The notes: generated from the letters alone by a model not told the origin. Positions 27,308-37,175 are shown, numbered from the stretch's first letter. The stretch: DNA of 64,000 nucleotides from an uncultured Gemmatimonadales bacterium (GCA_963748815.1 CAVVKJ010000010.1:800001-864000), one strand, 5' to 3'. A program made the numbers and translations.

Positions 27308-29349
27308 GCGAGGCCCGCCGCGCTGCGCACGTCGTGCAAGGCGCTCCGCGCCGCGAGGTCCATGACCACCTGCGCCTCGGGGTGGCGCGACCAGCCGGCG
27401 GCGATGCCCCGGAGGGCCGCCAGCATCTCCGGCGACGGCTGGTTCAGCCGGGTGCGCCGCCACCACTTCTTCTTGGCGAGGACCTGCTGCAGCAGGAGGT
27501 CGCGCGCGCGCCGGCTGCGGAGGGTGCCGAAGACCCGGATGGCCAGCACGCGCACCTCCCCGTCGTCGTGGTCGAGCAGCTTGGCGAGCAACGGCTCGGC
27601 GGCGGGCGGGCAGGTCTCGAGCGCCGCCGCAAGCCCCATGCGGAGCAGCGCGTCGTCCTCGTCGCCAAGACTGAGCACCACCCCCTGCGGCCGCAGCTCG
27701 GGGCGCTGGGTGCCCATGAGCATGAGCTTGATCGCCTCACGGCGCACCCGCGGGTCGGTGGCGGTGGCGTACGCTTCCGGATCGAACTTGGCCGGCCACT
27801 CCGGCAGGGCGCCGAGCACGATGAGGATGTTCCGCTGCACGAACCACTCGGCATCCTCCAGCCGGGCCACTGCCGGCGGCCCGACCGCCCCGCCAAGCGA
27901 GGTGAGCGCGTTGAGCAGGCGGTGCCGCATGGTCCGGGAGTCGGTGGTGGCCAGCGCGTCCAGCATCGGGCCGATGGCGAACTTCCCGACCTTGTCGAGG
28001 ATCTTCTCGACCGCGTCGAGGTGCGCGTCGCCGTGCTCGAGGATCCCGGCCATCAGGGCCGGGTCGGCCAGCTTCACCCAGATCGTCTCCGCCGCCATCG
28101 AGTCCGACGGCGCGTTCTCCAGCGAGTCCACGAGCTCGTCCAGCCGGCCGCTTTCGATCACCTTGGTCAGGGAGGTCCAGACCGCCTCGCCGACGATGTC
28201 CAGCTCGAGCGCCATCTGGAGGATGCGGGGCGCCTCGGCGAGGTGGTCCGTCTCCTGGGCCGCGACCGGCGCGGCCTCGTTGGGCAGGGAAAGCTGGTCC
28301 AGCACCGCCGTGTAGGCGTCGGGGTTGGGATCGGTGAGGGTCCAGTCGTTGAGCAGGTCGTTGACGGCGTTGCGAAAGGTCTCGTCGGCGTGGGCCCGCA
28401 CCGTGGTCTGCCCCTGGTCGGCGTGGTCGGCCAGCTTGGTCAGCATCCGGAGCAGCGAGTGTGAAATCGTCTGCTGCTGGGCGGAGGCCGCGGCCTGCAC
28501 CAGGTCGAGAACCGCCTTGACGGGGAGGCTGGACGCGAAGTCGGCGACGAAGTTTTCCCGACTCGCCAGGTCGCCACCGACGGTCAGGAGGCGGGTGACC
28601 GTCTCCTGGTCGAGCGAGGAGAGCAGCTGGGAGACGCGGCTCTGCAACTGGGCGTACGACTCCCCCTCCCGCATCCGGAGCTCCCGCCCCAGTTCCTGCA
28701 GGTAGCCGACGATGATCTGGTCGTAGGCCTTGTCTTCCTTGTGGGTGTTGATGGCGCTGGCGATCTGGCTGGGGTCCTGCTCCACCGTATCCCCCGCACG
28801 GCCCTTGCGCAGCGCCGCCGAGGCGAGGCCGAGCCAGAGCTGCGAGGAACGCCCCTGGTCGGCACCCTCCGGGGTGGCGCCGCCGATCTGCAGATGCTCG
28901 AAGGTGAACGGCACGATCTCGATGTTGGGCCACCGGTCGAGCTCCTCGGCCGGACGCAGGCCGAACGGCATCTCCTGGCGGTTCGCCTCGGCGCTCACGG
29001 TCTGCAGGAATTCGAGCGTCTCCTCCGGCGAGACCTCCTTCCGGAACTTGACCACCCCGATCTGGTGGCGGTGGAGCCGCTGGGCGAGCTCGCGGAGTAC
29101 GGCGTTGTCGGTGTCGGTGGCCGCCCCCTCGACGATCAGCTGGTCCCGGGCAATGCCGATGGCAAGCGCGTCGCGGCTGCTCATCAGCGCCGACAGCCCG
29201 CTGAACACCGCGCTGGCGGCGTGCTCGATGACCGGATGGCCCTTGGGATAGGTGCCGTACTTGTGGAGGCCCACGGACAGCTGGATGAGAAACACCGACA
29301 GCTCGCGCGAAAGCGTCTTGCTCTCGGCTGGGCGGTCGGCTTGGGTCAC
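27304..29349 (-). CDS. HEAT-repeat protein with N-terminal YPxGHP domain
   Basis: LEDAEWFVQRNIL, DPRVRREAI, LDHDDGEVRVLAI repeats; ATGA overlap with the HD-GYP gene. Confidence 0.85.
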   Translation of the reverse strand: MTQADRPAESKTLSRELSVFLIQLSVGLHKYGTYPKGHPVIEHAASAVFSGLSALMSSRDALAIGIARDQLIVEGAATDTDNAVLRELAQRLHRHQIGVVKFRKEVSPEETLEFLQTVSAEANRQEMPFGLRPAEELDRWPNIEIVPFTFEHLQIGGATPEGADQGRSSQLWLGLASAALRKGRAGDTVEQDPSQIASAINTHKEDKAYDQIIVGYLQELGRELRMREGESYAQLQSRVSQLLSSLDQETVTRLLTVGGDLASRENFVADFASSLPVKAVLDLVQAAASAQQQTISHSLLRMLTKLADHADQGQTTVRAHADETFRNAVNDLLNDWTLTDPNPDAYTAVLDQLSLPNEAAPVAAQETDHLAEAPRILQMALELDIVGEAVWTSLTKVIESGRLDELVDSLENAPSDSMAAETIWVKLADPALMAGILEHGDAHLDAVEKILDKVGKFAIGPMLDALATTDSRTMRHRLLNALTSLGGAVGPPAVARLEDAEWFVQRNILIVLGALPEWPAKFDPEAYATATDPRVRREAIKLMLMGTQRPELRPQGVVLSLGDEDDALLRMGLAAALETCPPAAEPLLAKLLDHDDGEVRVLAIRVFGTLRSRRARDLLLQQVLAKKKWWRRTRLNQPSPEMLAALRGIAAGWSRHPEAQVVMDLAARSALHDVRSAAGLA

Positions 29350-29397
29350 GGAGGCCTGCCTTTGGGTAAGGGAGGAACTCTCCTAAGGTAGGCAATG

Positions 29398-29505
29398 GCG
29401 GGGAAGCGGGGAAGCGGGGGCCGAAGCGGGATGGTTCGTCACCCCCGCGAACGCGGGGGTCCAGGCGTGTATCGACCTGGATTCCCGCTTGCGCGGGAAT
29501 GACGA
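29398..29505. repeat. GAAGCGGG run plus REP doublet (copy 1)
   Basis: GTCACCCCCGCGAACGCGGGGGTCCA...TGGATTCCCGCTTGCGCGGGAATGAC. Confidence 0.9.
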
Positions 29506-29518
29506 CCTACCGCCCCCC

Positions 29519-29857
29519 TTACGCGGCCTGCACCGACCCGACCACTTTGGCAGGCGGAAGCCCCATGAACTCGTTCCACCCCGCCTCGACCGCCGCGACG
29601 TTGGCAATCCCGCGCTTCCGCATCCACCAGCCGAGGATCAGGAGTGGAATGCCAATGAACGCCAACAGGATGAGGGCCGTGCATCCGGCGCCCATGACCA
29701 TGATGTAGACGCCCGCGTGTTTTGGGAACTTGGCGATGGTCATGATCTTGCTCTTGGCATTGTGCAGCACGTCCGGGTCCCTGGAGCCGACCGCCTTGAG
29801 TTCGCCGATGACCATCTGCTTGTCCAGCTTGAGGAAGGGGCTGCGCTCGAGTGCCAT
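29519..29857 (-). CDS. Small membrane protein of unknown function
   Basis: AGGAGG RBS; 112 aa with TM hairpin ILLAFIGIPLLILGWW. Confidence 0.75.
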   Translation of the reverse strand: MALERSPFLKLDKQMVIGELKAVGSRDPDVLHNAKSKIMTIAKFPKHAGVYIMVMGAGCTALILLAFIGIPLLILGWWMRKRGIANVAAVEAGWNEFMGLPPAKVVGSVQAA

Positions 29858-29970
29858 GGGGAAACCTCCTGGGGGACTGTGGGGGGACGATTGACAAGCG
29901 GTCGCCCGGCGGTAGCATTGCCGAGTCCTGCTCTCCCCTTCCCTTGCGCAGCCCGCGAGGAAAAACCGTC

Positions 29971-30549
29971 ATGGCCGATCGCGCCCCCCTCGCGGTGCCG
30001 GACTCCGACGAGCCTGCGGTATTGGTGCCCCCCGGCGACCGGGAGGCGCTGGACCGACTCTTTGCCGTCACCTACGAGGAGCTGCGCCGGCTGGCCGCCA
30101 CCGTCCGTCAGGGCGATCCCGGCCTCACCCTGAGCCCCACGGCCCTGGTCAACGAGGCGTGGATCAAGCTCGCCAGCTCACCGCCGCAGGTGCCCCTCAG
30201 CCGCCTCCATTTCACCCGAATCGCCGCCCGGGCCATGCGGCAGGTCCTGATCGAGGCCGCCCGGAAGCGGAACGCCCTGAAGCGAGGGGACGGCCGGGCC
30301 ATGGTGACCTTCGACGAGGAGCTGGACGCCCCGTCCGCGGGCGCCGACGACCTCCTGGCCCTGGATGCCGCCCTCGACGACCTGGCCCGGGTCAGCCCCC
30401 GCCAGGCGATGATGGTCGAGTATCGCTTCTTCGGGGGACTCGACGCGGCCGAGACGGCGGCCCTGCTGGAGGTGTCCGAGGCGACGATCCTGCGGGACTG
30501 GCGCGCGGCGAAGGCCTGGCTGGCGGCGGAACTGACCCGGCCCGGCTGA
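29971..30549 (+). CDS. ECF sigma factor (kinase-associated, TIGR02999-like)
   Basis: YEELRRLA, TLSPTALVNEAWIKL, AARAMRQVLIEAAR, RFFGGL, RDWRAAKAWL. Confidence 0.92.
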   Translation: MADRAPLAVPDSDEPAVLVPPGDREALDRLFAVTYEELRRLAATVRQGDPGLTLSPTALVNEAWIKLASSPPQVPLSRLHFTRIAARAMRQVLIEAARKRNALKRGDGRAMVTFDEELDAPSAGADDLLALDAALDDLARVSPRQAMMVEYRFFGGLDAAETAALLEVSEATILRDWRAAKAWLAAELTRPG

Positions 30550-30552
30550 CCG

Positions 30553-33198
30553 ATGGACGCCCGGCGCTGGGAGCGGACGCAGCAGCTCTTTCATGAGGCG
30601 CTCGGGCTCCCCCCGGAGGCGCGGTCGGCGTTCCTTGCCAGGGAATGCGGCGAGGACGCCGGTCTCCTGGCCGATGTGCGCCGGATGCTCGACGCCGACG
30701 CCGCCGGGACGTCGCCACTGGATGGCAGTCTGGCCGGCGTGGCCGAGCGGGTCTTCCGGGTCGACACCGCCGAGCTCCCCCTGACCGACTTCGGCCCCTA
30801 CCGGATCACGAAGCTGCTGGGCGAAGGGGGGATGGGGGTCGTCTACCTGGCCCGGCGCAGCGACCTCGGCAGCGTCGCCGCCCTCAAGCTCCTCCGTGAC
30901 GCCTGGCTCTCCCCCGCGCGCCGGGAGCGGTTCGCCGCGGAGCAGCGCACCCTGGCGCAACTGCATCACCCCTCCATCGCACAATTGCACGACGCCGACA
31001 CCCTCCCCGACGGCACCCCGTGGTTCGTCATGGAATACGTCGAGGGGGTCCCCCTCACGGACTATTGCCGGGTGCATGGGACGAGCATCGAGGGCCGGCT
31101 GGAGCTCTTTCGCGCCGTCTGCCAGGCGGTGCAGTATGCGCACGGCCATGCCGTCATCCACCGCGACCTCAAGCCGTCGAATATTCTGGTGACCGCCGAC
31201 GGGACGGTGAAGCTGCTCGACTTCGGCATCGCCAAGCATCTCGAAGGCGATGACACCGCCGTGGACCAGACCCGGACCGGGCTTCGGATGATGACCCCCG
31301 CGTACGCCGCCCCGGAACAGATCCGGGGGGAGCGGGTGGGCATCCAGAGCGACGTCTACTCCCTCGGCGTGATCCTCTACGAATTGCTGACGGACCAACC
31401 GCCATTCGACCTGGCCAACAAGACACCCGCCGAGGCGATGTCGATCGTGGTGGCCCAGGAACCCGAGAAGCCGTCCGTCGTCGCGCGGCGCCCGTCGACC
31501 ACGCCGACCATTCGTCCGAGGGCCAGCGCGACGGGGCACACCTCGTGGACCGACCTCGACGTGCTCTGCCTGACCGCGATGCACAAGGAGATGGGCCGGC
31601 GGTACCAGACGGTCGAGGCGCTGGTGCGGGACCTCGACCACTACCTCGAGGGTGAACCGCTGGAGGCGCGGCCCGACACCGTGCGCTACCGGATGGGGAA
31701 ATTCGTCCGGCGGCACCGGGCGGGGGTGGCCGCCGCGCTGGCGGTGAGCGTGGTGCTGCTGGCGACGGTCGTGTTCTACACCGCCCGGCTCGCCCGGGCC
31801 CGCAACCAGGCGGTGGCCGAGGCGGCGCGCACCGCGCGCATCCAGCAGTACCTGGTCGCACTCTTCCAGGGGGGCGACGAGGCGGTCGGCCCGGCGGACA
31901 GCCTGCGGGTGGTGACGCTGGTGGACCGCGGCATTGCCAAGGCGCGCGACCTCGAGGGGGACCCGGTGCTGCAGGCCGAGCTCTACCAGACGCTCGGCAC
32001 CATCTCGCGGCAGCTCGGGAACCTCGCACGCGCCGATTCCCTGCTGACCTTGTCCCTCGACCTCCGGCGCGCCCGACTCGGCGCGGCCCACCCCGACGTG
32101 GCGGAAGGGCTGGTGGCCCTCGGCGGCCTGCGCGCCGAACAGGCGCAGTACGAGGAAGCGGAGCGGATGATCCGGGAAGGCCTCGCGATCGATCGGCATG
32201 CGCTCGGCGACAACCATCCCGCGGTGCAGCGGGCGCTCTCGGCGCTCGGCCAGGTGCTGCAGGACCGCGGCGAGTACGACGAGGCCATCGCGGTCCAGTC
32301 CGAAGTGGTGCGGGCGACCGCAGGAAGCGACACCCCGGAGCTGGCCGCCGCGATGAGCCAGCTGGCGAGCACCCACTTCTACGCCGGCCACTACGACACC
32401 GCCGACTCCCTCAACACCCTCGTCCTCGCCATGAGCCGCCGGCTCTACGGCGACCAGCACCCCATGGTGGCCGAAGACCTGATCAATCTCGGCGCCACCC
32501 AGCTCGAGCGGGGGGAGTACGCGGCGGCCGAGGCGTATGACCGCGAGGCGCTGGCGATGACCCGCGCCTGGTACGGCGAGGAACACCCGAAGACCGCCGC
32601 CGGACTTACCCTCCTCGCGCGGGCCCTCGTCTACCAGAAACGCAACGACGAAGCCACGGCGCTCCTCCAGGAAGCGCTCACCATCCGGCAGAGGGTGTAT
32701 GGGCCGATGCATCCGACGGTGGCGTCGACCACGAACGAGCTGGGCAACATCGCCGTGTCGGAGAACCGCTACGACGAGGCGATCGCGTACTTCAGCCAGA
32801 TGGTGGAGATCTACCGCACGGCGTACGGCGGGAAGCACTACCTGATCGGCGTCGCGCTCTCCAACCTGGCGAGCGCCTATACCGGCGCGCGGGAATATGC
32901 GAAGGCGGAGCCGCTCTTCCGTGAGGCGATTGCGATGTACGAGGCGACCCTGCCGCCCGAACACACGACCACCGCCATCGCGCATATCAAGCTGGGACGA
33001 ACGCTGCTGCGTCAGCGGCGCTTCGCCGAGGCGGAGCCGGAGACGCTGGCGGGGTATACCGTCATCCAACCGACGGCCGCGCCGGGGAACGGCTTTCTCC
33101 GGGCCGCGCGCATCGACCTGTCGGCGATTTACGACACGCTGGGTCAGCCGGCCAAGGCGGCGAGGTTCAAGGCGGAGTTGGCGGATACGGGGAAGTAG
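30553..33198 (+). CDS. Ser/Thr protein kinase with TM and TPR repeats
   Basis: GEGGMGVVY, HRDLKPSN, DFG, TPAYAAPE; TM helix; kinesin-light-chain-like TPRs. Confidence 0.95.
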   Translation: MDARRWERTQQLFHEALGLPPEARSAFLARECGEDAGLLADVRRMLDADAAGTSPLDGSLAGVAERVFRVDTAELPLTDFGPYRITKLLGEGGMGVVYLARRSDLGSVAALKLLRDAWLSPARRERFAAEQRTLAQLHHPSIAQLHDADTLPDGTPWFVMEYVEGVPLTDYCRVHGTSIEGRLELFRAVCQAVQYAHGHAVIHRDLKPSNILVTADGTVKLLDFGIAKHLEGDDTAVDQTRTGLRMMTPAYAAPEQIRGERVGIQSDVYSLGVILYELLTDQPPFDLANKTPAEAMSIVVAQEPEKPSVVARRPSTTPTIRPRASATGHTSWTDLDVLCLTAMHKEMGRRYQTVEALVRDLDHYLEGEPLEARPDTVRYRMGKFVRRHRAGVAAALAVSVVLLATVVFYTARLARARNQAVAEAARTARIQQYLVALFQGGDEAVGPADSLRVVTLVDRGIAKARDLEGDPVLQAELYQTLGTISRQLGNLARADSLLTLSLDLRRARLGAAHPDVAEGLVALGGLRAEQAQYEEAERMIREGLAIDRHALGDNHPAVQRALSALGQVLQDRGEYDEAIAVQSEVVRATAGSDTPELAAAMSQLASTHFYAGHYDTADSLNTLVLAMSRRLYGDQHPMVAEDLINLGATQLERGEYAAAEAYDREALAMTRAWYGEEHPKTAAGLTLLARALVYQKRNDEATALLQEALTIRQRVYGPMHPTVASTTNELGNIAVSENRYDEAIAYFSQMVEIYRTAYGGKHYLIGVALSNLASAYTGAREYAKAEPLFREAIAMYEATLPPEHTTTAIAHIKLGRTLLRQRRFAEAEPETLAGYTVIQPTAAPGNGFLRAARIDLSAIYDTLGQPAKAARFKAELADTGK

Positions 33199-33203
33199 GA
33201 GAG

Positions 33204-33337
33204 GCAGCGGGGCAGCGGGGCAGCGGGGAAGCGGGGAAGCGGGGAAGCGGGGCGGAAGGTCGATGATTTGTCACCCCCGCGAAAGCGGGGGTCCAGCGGT
33301 GTATCGGCCTGGATTCCCGCTTGCGCGGGAATGACGA
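33204..33337. repeat. Octamer run plus REP doublet (copy 2)
   Basis: CAGCGGGG/GAAGCGGG x6, then a doublet 64/68 identical to 29438-29505. Confidence 0.9.
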
Positions 33338-33360
33338 ATTCCAGTCCCCTGTCCCCCCTG

Positions 33361-33900
33361 CTATCCGCCAGCCGGGTAATTGCACCCGTCCGGCGCCTGG
33401 GGCACCTGTTTCAGGAAATCGTACACCGTGCCGTTCCACCGCCATAGGGGGAAGCAGAACCCAGGTCCGCCGATCAACAGGTCGGGATAGCCGAGGTTGG
33501 AGGTGGACTGCGGTTCGGCGGAGGCGGCGGGGAAGCCGAGGTTGGGCTGGTAGGTGCCGGCCGAGTCTTTGATGAAGAGCACCGCGGAACTCCCGGCCAT
33601 GCCGGAGGTGCAGCTGTTGCCGGCAATCACCAGCACTTCCGGCTCACCGTCGCCGTTCCAATCCGAGAAGCTCACCTCCGCGCCCGCGGGCTGGCCGCAG
33701 GACTGATCCACGAACCCCTTCCCCGTCGAATCCACCGCGAGCCAGGTCGCCTCGAAGACCAACTGCCGCTCTGCGGCCGACAGCCCTCCATTCCCCTTGG
33801 CGAAGAGGAGCGCCGGACCGGGCGGGTCAGGCGGCTCCTGCGCCGCGCAGGCAGGGGAGAGGAGAGAAACGAGGAGTGAAGCGGTAGTTGCAATGCGCAT
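33361..33900 (-). CDS. Exported hypothetical protein
   Basis: Signal peptide; DWNGDGEPEV EF-hand/FG-GAP-like motif; GYPDLLIGGPGFCFPLWRWNG. Confidence 0.7.
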   Translation of the reverse strand: MRIATTASLLVSLLSPACAAQEPPDPPGPALLFAKGNGGLSAAERQLVFEATWLAVDSTGKGFVDQSCGQPAGAEVSFSDWNGDGEPEVLVIAGNSCTSGMAGSSAVLFIKDSAGTYQPNLGFPAASAEPQSTSNLGYPDLLIGGPGFCFPLWRWNGTVYDFLKQVPQAPDGCNYPAGG

Positions 33901-33933
33901 GTGTCTCGCCTCCGTCCGGGGAACTCGCGTTCA

Positions 33934-33976
33934 CCTCACCCCCTGTCCCCCTCTCCAGCATCTGGAGAGGGGGGAC
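33934..33976. repeat. CCTCACCCC...CTCTCC/GGAGAGGGG palindromic repeat
   Basis: Similar copies near 34870-34912, 38165-38201 and 49624-49686. Confidence 0.8.
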
Positions 33977-34032
33977 GAAGGGTACGCCTATTGTTGCGCG
34001 GAACGGAGCCGGAAACCGTCACCTGCCCCCTT

Positions 34033-34779
34033 TCACTTCACCGCCGCGATGAACTCCTTCAGCATCTTCCAGCCCGCCTGGTCGTACGCCTTGGCGGGGC
34101 CGTCCGGCGGCAGGCAGCCGATCCCCGGCTGCGGCGAATTGACGACCTTCATGCCCCGTGCATCGCGGGTCTCGACGTACCAGTTGCCGCCGTCCATGCA
34201 GGTGCTATCGCGCCTGCGGAGCTGGGTGACCCCGGGATTCGCCGGCGGCGGTTGGCGCGTCGCCGGGTCGCCCCGCCGCCCGCCCCCCTGCTCCGCCGCG
34301 CGGCTGGCGAGGGTAAGCGAGTCGAGCCGGACCAGCTCCGCAGCCCAGTCCACTGGGCTGTACTGTTCCGGCACGCGGCACACCCATGCCTTCCCCTCCT
34401 GGTAGCCGCGCGCCCACGAGGTACAGCCAAAGGTGCTGTCGAACTTGGCGCGATCGGCGGCCATGGCCGACTGCATCCGGCTCCACTGCGCCGCGCTGTC
34501 GGCCGCGGACGTACCACCGGCCTCGACCGGGTCATAGCGGCGGTACCAGACCAGCATCTGGCCGCTCACCTGCCCGTTGACGTCGCGGAAGACGATGGCA
34601 GGGCTGGGACCCATCAAACCGTAGTTGCCGGCAAAGCGCACCACTCGACCGGAGGAGACCGGCGTCGAGTCGGGATACGTCAGTGCCCAGGGGCTGGGGA
34701 GCGGTGCACTGGACTGGATGGCGCAGCCGGTGGTGGCCGCCAGGAGGAGGGACGCGACGGCGACGGCAGAGAGGCGCAT
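34033..34779 (-). CDS. Hypothetical lipoprotein
   Basis: Hydrophobic signal ending TTGC; no recognisable domain. Confidence 0.6.
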   Translation of the reverse strand: MRLSAVAVASLLLAATTGCAIQSSAPLPSPWALTYPDSTPVSSGRVVRFAGNYGLMGPSPAIVFRDVNGQVSGQMLVWYRRYDPVEAGGTSAADSAAQWSRMQSAMAADRAKFDSTFGCTSWARGYQEGKAWVCRVPEQYSPVDWAAELVRLDSLTLASRAAEQGGGRRGDPATRQPPPANPGVTQLRRRDSTCMDGGNWYVETRDARGMKVVNSPQPGIGCLPPDGPAKAYDQAGWKMLKEFIAAVK

Positions 34780-34915
34780 GGTCAGACCTTGGTTGAGAGC
34801 GATGTCGAAAGGTAGTTCTTTGCGGCTTCACTGCCCACCCGCTCCGCCGCTTCCCAGCCCGGCCATTCCACCTCACCCCCTGGCCCCCTCTCCATGATAT
34901 GGAGAGGGGGAATGC

Positions 34916-35623
34916 CTAACACAATCCCGCCCGGTGCTTGCTGGGTCGGCACTCGAATCCATCGATCGCCCAGAGGCCGCGCTGTTCCTGCTCCGCGATC
35001 GCCTCGGCGGCGCGAAACCACTCGGCATAGCTGGTGTTGGGATAGTACTCCAGCGTGACCGCCCAGCCCTGCCGCACCATCAGGAAGTTGACGGAGACAC
35101 CGTCGCGCCAGAGGTAACCGAGGAGCCGGCCGTACCGGTCGCGCGTCTCCTTGTCGGTGCTGAGCTGGAGGGTGTCCTGGAGGGAGACGAGAGCCAGGAG
35201 GCCGTCCGTGGCCATCGCGCCGAAGGGAGGCTGGTCCCGCTCCGGGGTGTCGATGCCGATCAGCCGCACCGCGCCACGGCCCTGGCACTCGAGGGTGTCG
35301 CCGTCGCGGACCTTGGTGACGATGCAGCTGCTCAGCCCGGCGAACGGGACAGGGGGACCCGAGTCGAGGAGGGGCGCCGCGAGGGCGGGACTGCAGGGGC
35401 GGCCGCCGTTGGCGCGGTAGCCGCTGTCGATGGCGGTGGTCTCGGGGAGGTACTCCCCCCGCTTGGTGGTGCCGTAGTGCTCGGTGCCGGGGCAGTGATA
35501 GACCCCGGAGCCGAGGTTGACCCAGACCGGCTTGGGCGGCGCCGAGGAAGGTGCTTGCTGCGCGCAGGCGGTGACGGCCGACCCGGTGATCGCCAGCGAA
35601 ACGAGGAGCAGCTTCAGGAGCAT
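34916..35623 (-). CDS. Thermonuclease (SNase) family lipoprotein with small N-terminal YHC domain
   Basis: DGDT, VRLIGIDTPE, DRYGRLLGY, GLW; N-terminal VWVNLGSGVYHCPG..YG..GEY..A..GYR. Confidence 0.9.
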   Translation of the reverse strand: MLLKLLLVSLAITGSAVTACAQQAPSSAPPKPVWVNLGSGVYHCPGTEHYGTTKRGEYLPETTAIDSGYRANGGRPCSPALAAPLLDSGPPVPFAGLSSCIVTKVRDGDTLECQGRGAVRLIGIDTPERDQPPFGAMATDGLLALVSLQDTLQLSTDKETRDRYGRLLGYLWRDGVSVNFLMVRQGWAVTLEYYPNTSYAEWFRAAEAIAEQEQRGLWAIDGFECRPSKHRAGLC

Positions 35624-35804
35624 CTCCGAAGATACAACGGATGTAGAAGGGGCAAGTCGACGTGCCGTCCCTGCCCGGAGCGGGGCACGATGGGCTCCCA
35701 CCCCGTGTGTCCTCGCGCAGCGAGTTGAAGCTTGAAGCGCCGGGCCCCCTCCCCGCGGGGGCTGGCTGGCGTGGAGTCGCCACGGCGCGCGGCCCCAATT
35801 CAGT

Positions 35805-36692
35805 TCACGGTGCGGTCACCACGAAGTAGACTCTTGGATCGGTCCCGAGGAGAAGGCTCAGTGTGGTACCGGTCGTGGTGTCCTGGGCGTGAAATGCCTT
35901 CGCAAACGGGGGTGAGGGAGACTGATTCTCAACATGGCTCCACCCCTCCGGCAGCCAATCCGTGAGCGTACCCAGCAGCTTCTTGTACCGGCCGGCCGCG
36001 GGTTTCTGATCCCTCGAGAGGAACACGAGGCATCGGACCCGCTTGGTGCCCATCACCTCACAATCGTAGGTGCCCGGCGCGTCGAGCTTCGACTCCCAGA
36101 TCGAGTCCCTTCCCGCCGTCGACTCCACCAGCCGCCCCCGAATCCCCGTGAAGTGCCAACGCGCAGCCTCTACGAACGGCGGCAGCGCCTCGGCCCAGGC
36201 ATCGCGGCTGGTGCGCACCGAGACACAGGCGTGTAGCGCCCGGACATGTTCCTCTCCTCCGAGATGCTCGGCGTCGCCCCGGACCCTGCTGCGCGAGACG
36301 AGGAGCGAGTCGATCGACGCCCGGCTCGCCATGCCTCCGTCGACGAGGAGCTGCATGGCCCAGCAGTCGGCCTCGGTTTCTGTCGCATAGGAATTCTCGG
36401 CATAGGGATGGCCGAGCGTGTGGTGTGCGCATTCGTGGAGGTAGACGAACAGCTGATCGATCTCTGGCAGACCATTCATGTTCGTCTTGTTCCACCAGAT
36501 CATCGCCTTCCCGTCTTCGTACCCGGCCATCCCGCCCCAGGACATCTTGTTGTCTGTCTTGGAAGGGATGGGGGAGCCGAGCCGATCGACGCAGGCATTG
36601 AACGGCGCCTGCGCATGGAGGGTGACCGGCGGGGTGGTGAGAATGAATACGGCTGGGAGCGCAATCAGGAGGCGGCGGTACACCGAGGGCAT
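35805..36692 (-). CDS. Exported putative zinc metallopeptidase
   Basis: FVYLHECAHHTLGH and ETEADCWA zincin motifs; signal peptide. Confidence 0.75.
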   Translation of the reverse strand: MPSVYRRLLIALPAVFILTTPPVTLHAQAPFNACVDRLGSPIPSKTDNKMSWGGMAGYEDGKAMIWWNKTNMNGLPEIDQLFVYLHECAHHTLGHPYAENSYATETEADCWAMQLLVDGGMASRASIDSLLVSRSRVRGDAEHLGGEEHVRALHACVSVRTSRDAWAEALPPFVEAARWHFTGIRGRLVESTAGRDSIWESKLDAPGTYDCEVMGTKRVRCLVFLSRDQKPAAGRYKKLLGTLTDWLPEGWSHVENQSPSPPFAKAFHAQDTTTGTTLSLLLGTDPRVYFVVTAP

Positions 36693-37175
36693 CGGAACTC
36701 CCGGGGCAGGCCGAAGCGGGGGTAGGCTCGGCACCATCGTGGAAAGTACGGTTCGGTCAGTGAGGTGTAAAGGACAGAGGTGACACCCGCTCTTTCTCGG
36801 CCTTGCATCCCGCGTAGTTCCCCCGATGGCATGTCCCGAGACTCCGAGGATACGTGCCCCGACGGCCAACCACGTGGATGTCTTGCCTGGACTCATGGCT
36901 TCTGGCCCTTCGAATCCTGAACCCCGTCTCGAGGACGATGATCGACGCCGGACAGCCGGCCACCGGCATTGCGCCCAGGGTGGCCACGATCGTCGCGGCC
37001 GTGCTACTCTTCATTCCGGGAGCGACTGGAGCACACAATTGAGTGGATGGTTTCGGTGTGGTAAGGGAATGGGGCAGCCCACCGCGCGCTTGCGTTGCGG
37101 GCGGTCCTCGATATCGTATGTGAAGGGGGAGGCGCCGCCTCCACGGTCCGTCACCCGCCCTCACCTGGGATCGCC

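Noticed and set aside
36854..37042. 62-aa ORF as a real gene
   Set aside because: No clear RBS or motif; insufficient support
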